Shown in pieces: positions 62,331 to 64,000 of a DNA stretch of 64,000 nt. A program made the position numbers and the translations under genes. Position 1 is the first letter of the stretch, and each line of letters begins with the position of its first letter. The notes beneath the pieces are model-generated. The model saw nothing but the letters and a program-made list of their open reading frames with translations. It was not told the DNA's origin and ran no database searches. Origin of the DNA: the human T2T-CHM13v2.0 reference genome, Homo sapiens. Where the stretch lies: assembly GCF_009914755.1 (NCBI RefSeq), contig NC_060944.1; one strand, 5' to 3'.

Positions 62331-62701
62331 GAGTCTGGAGGATTTTGCAATGGTGCTGGAGGTGAGTGACTGTAAGTGACTGTACTGTCACTGTCCGGTA
62401 CTGTAATTGCATCTCTACCTGCAAGGCAGGTAAAAACCTGTTTATAAATGACCTGAGACTGGAATCAAACTGTTTTACAAATTTTAAACACAACATTGTT
62501 TTTGCAGGGTTGGTTTGGAAACCAACCACCATGTAAATTGAGGGAAGATTATACTTTCTTTTCTTTGGAACTTTCCCAATAATTGTTTGCTCTTACTGAA
62601 ATCTGGTCATGCCAACCTGGTGGCAAACCTTCTCCCTGAGTATTCCCTGGCTGAGGTGCTCTGCCATCAGCCACAAACCCTGCTGGCCTCTTGTCCACAC
62701 T
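62331..62701 (+). repeat. Local direct repeat, copy B (upstream of exon 3 in transcript sense)
   Basis: Core 62331-62420 equals the copy A core plus a 26-nt insertion. Confidence 0.85.
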
Positions 62702-62770
62702 TTTCTTCGAGCCTGGAACCCACCACCCCTCACCCCAAATCCAACCCATCGGCCTAGTACCCTCTCATAG

Positions 62771-63185
<415 letters not shown>

Positions 63186-63629
63186 ATGCCTGCTCTTGTT
63201 TCTCAACCAAGCTGTAAGCAGAGCAAGACACTTAGGAAGAAAGGCAAGAAGGAAGGAAGGAAGCAAATGAACGTGTGTGGGAGCCCTACTGCGTGCAGGC
63301 CAAGGTCCCAGGAGGGCAAAAGCTGTGTGCTCCGCTCAGCGCTGAATCCTCAGCACTGCTGCCGTGTGTGACACACAGTGGGTACTCAACATAGGTGTGA
63401 CGAGTGCATGCTCAATTGTATGCTGTGGTTGGTACCCAGACCCTTAGTGATTTGATGGAAATATTCCATGGAAACCCTCTCTCCTTCTTCTATGGCCATC
63501 CTTGGTTTTTCCCCTTTTCCTTGCAGTTCTTAAGGTGTGCAGTGGGTTGAACGGTGCCCCCGTCCCCTAAAGATAAGACCATGTCCTAATTTCTGGAAGC
63601 TGTGAATGTGACCATATTTGGAAAGAGGG

Positions 63630-63988
63630 TGATATGGTTTGGCTGTGTCCCCACCCAAATCTCATCTTGAATTGTGGCTCCCATATTTCCCACGTGTTGT
63701 GAGAGGGATCTGATGGGAGACAGTTGAATCATGGGGGTTGTTTCCCCCATACTGTTCTCTTGGTAGTGAATAAGTCTCACGAGATTTGATGGTTTTATAA
63801 AGGTTTTCCCTCTTGCTTGGTTCTCATTCTCTCTTGCCTACCGCCATGTAAGATGTGCCTTTCACCTTCTGCCATGATCCTGAGGCCTCCCCAGCCACAT
63901 GGAACTAAGTCCATTAAACCTCTTTTTCTTTCTAAATTACCCAGTCTCGGGTATATCTTTATCAGCAGCATGAAGACAGACCAATACA
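63630..63988 (+). mobile_element. THE1 solo LTR (MaLR) inserted in an MLT1 LTR starting at about 63538
   Basis: tgatatggtttggctgtgtccccacccaaatctcatcttgaattg...cagcagcatgaa...aataca. Confidence 0.9.
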
Positions 63989-64000
63989 GGGTGTCTTTGC

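Overview
Primate (the translation matches human as I recall it) genomic DNA from inside the SULF2 gene (extracellular heparan-sulfate 6-O-endosulfatase 2), transcribed on the minus strand. Eight coding exons lie in the window, all bounded by canonical AG/GT: 62107-61868, 27849-27698, 15469-15300, 9757-9607, 8345-8170, 3980-3852, 2306-2250 and 1795-1666. They total 1205 nt and splice into one open frame covering about residues 59-460, including the formylglycine motif [11 protein letters not shown]; exon numbers 3-10 are from recall. The rest is intron, dense in Alu (about 40 copies, roughly 3:1 on the minus strand), MIR, L2, L1M, MaLR/ERV LTRs and hAT/Tigger DNA transposon relics. Repeat family names and boundaries are by eye and approximate. 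Nearly all ORFs in the track are spurious. The most unusual unexplained structure is an old ~400-bp direct duplication bracketing the catalytic exon (61200-61605 vs 62331-62701). Its 64-nt core is far better conserved than the rest and carries hairpin potential and splice-site-complementary motifs. Also notable are several templated-insertion scars (one makes a perfect 21-bp hairpin), strong CTCF motifs and candidate enhancers.
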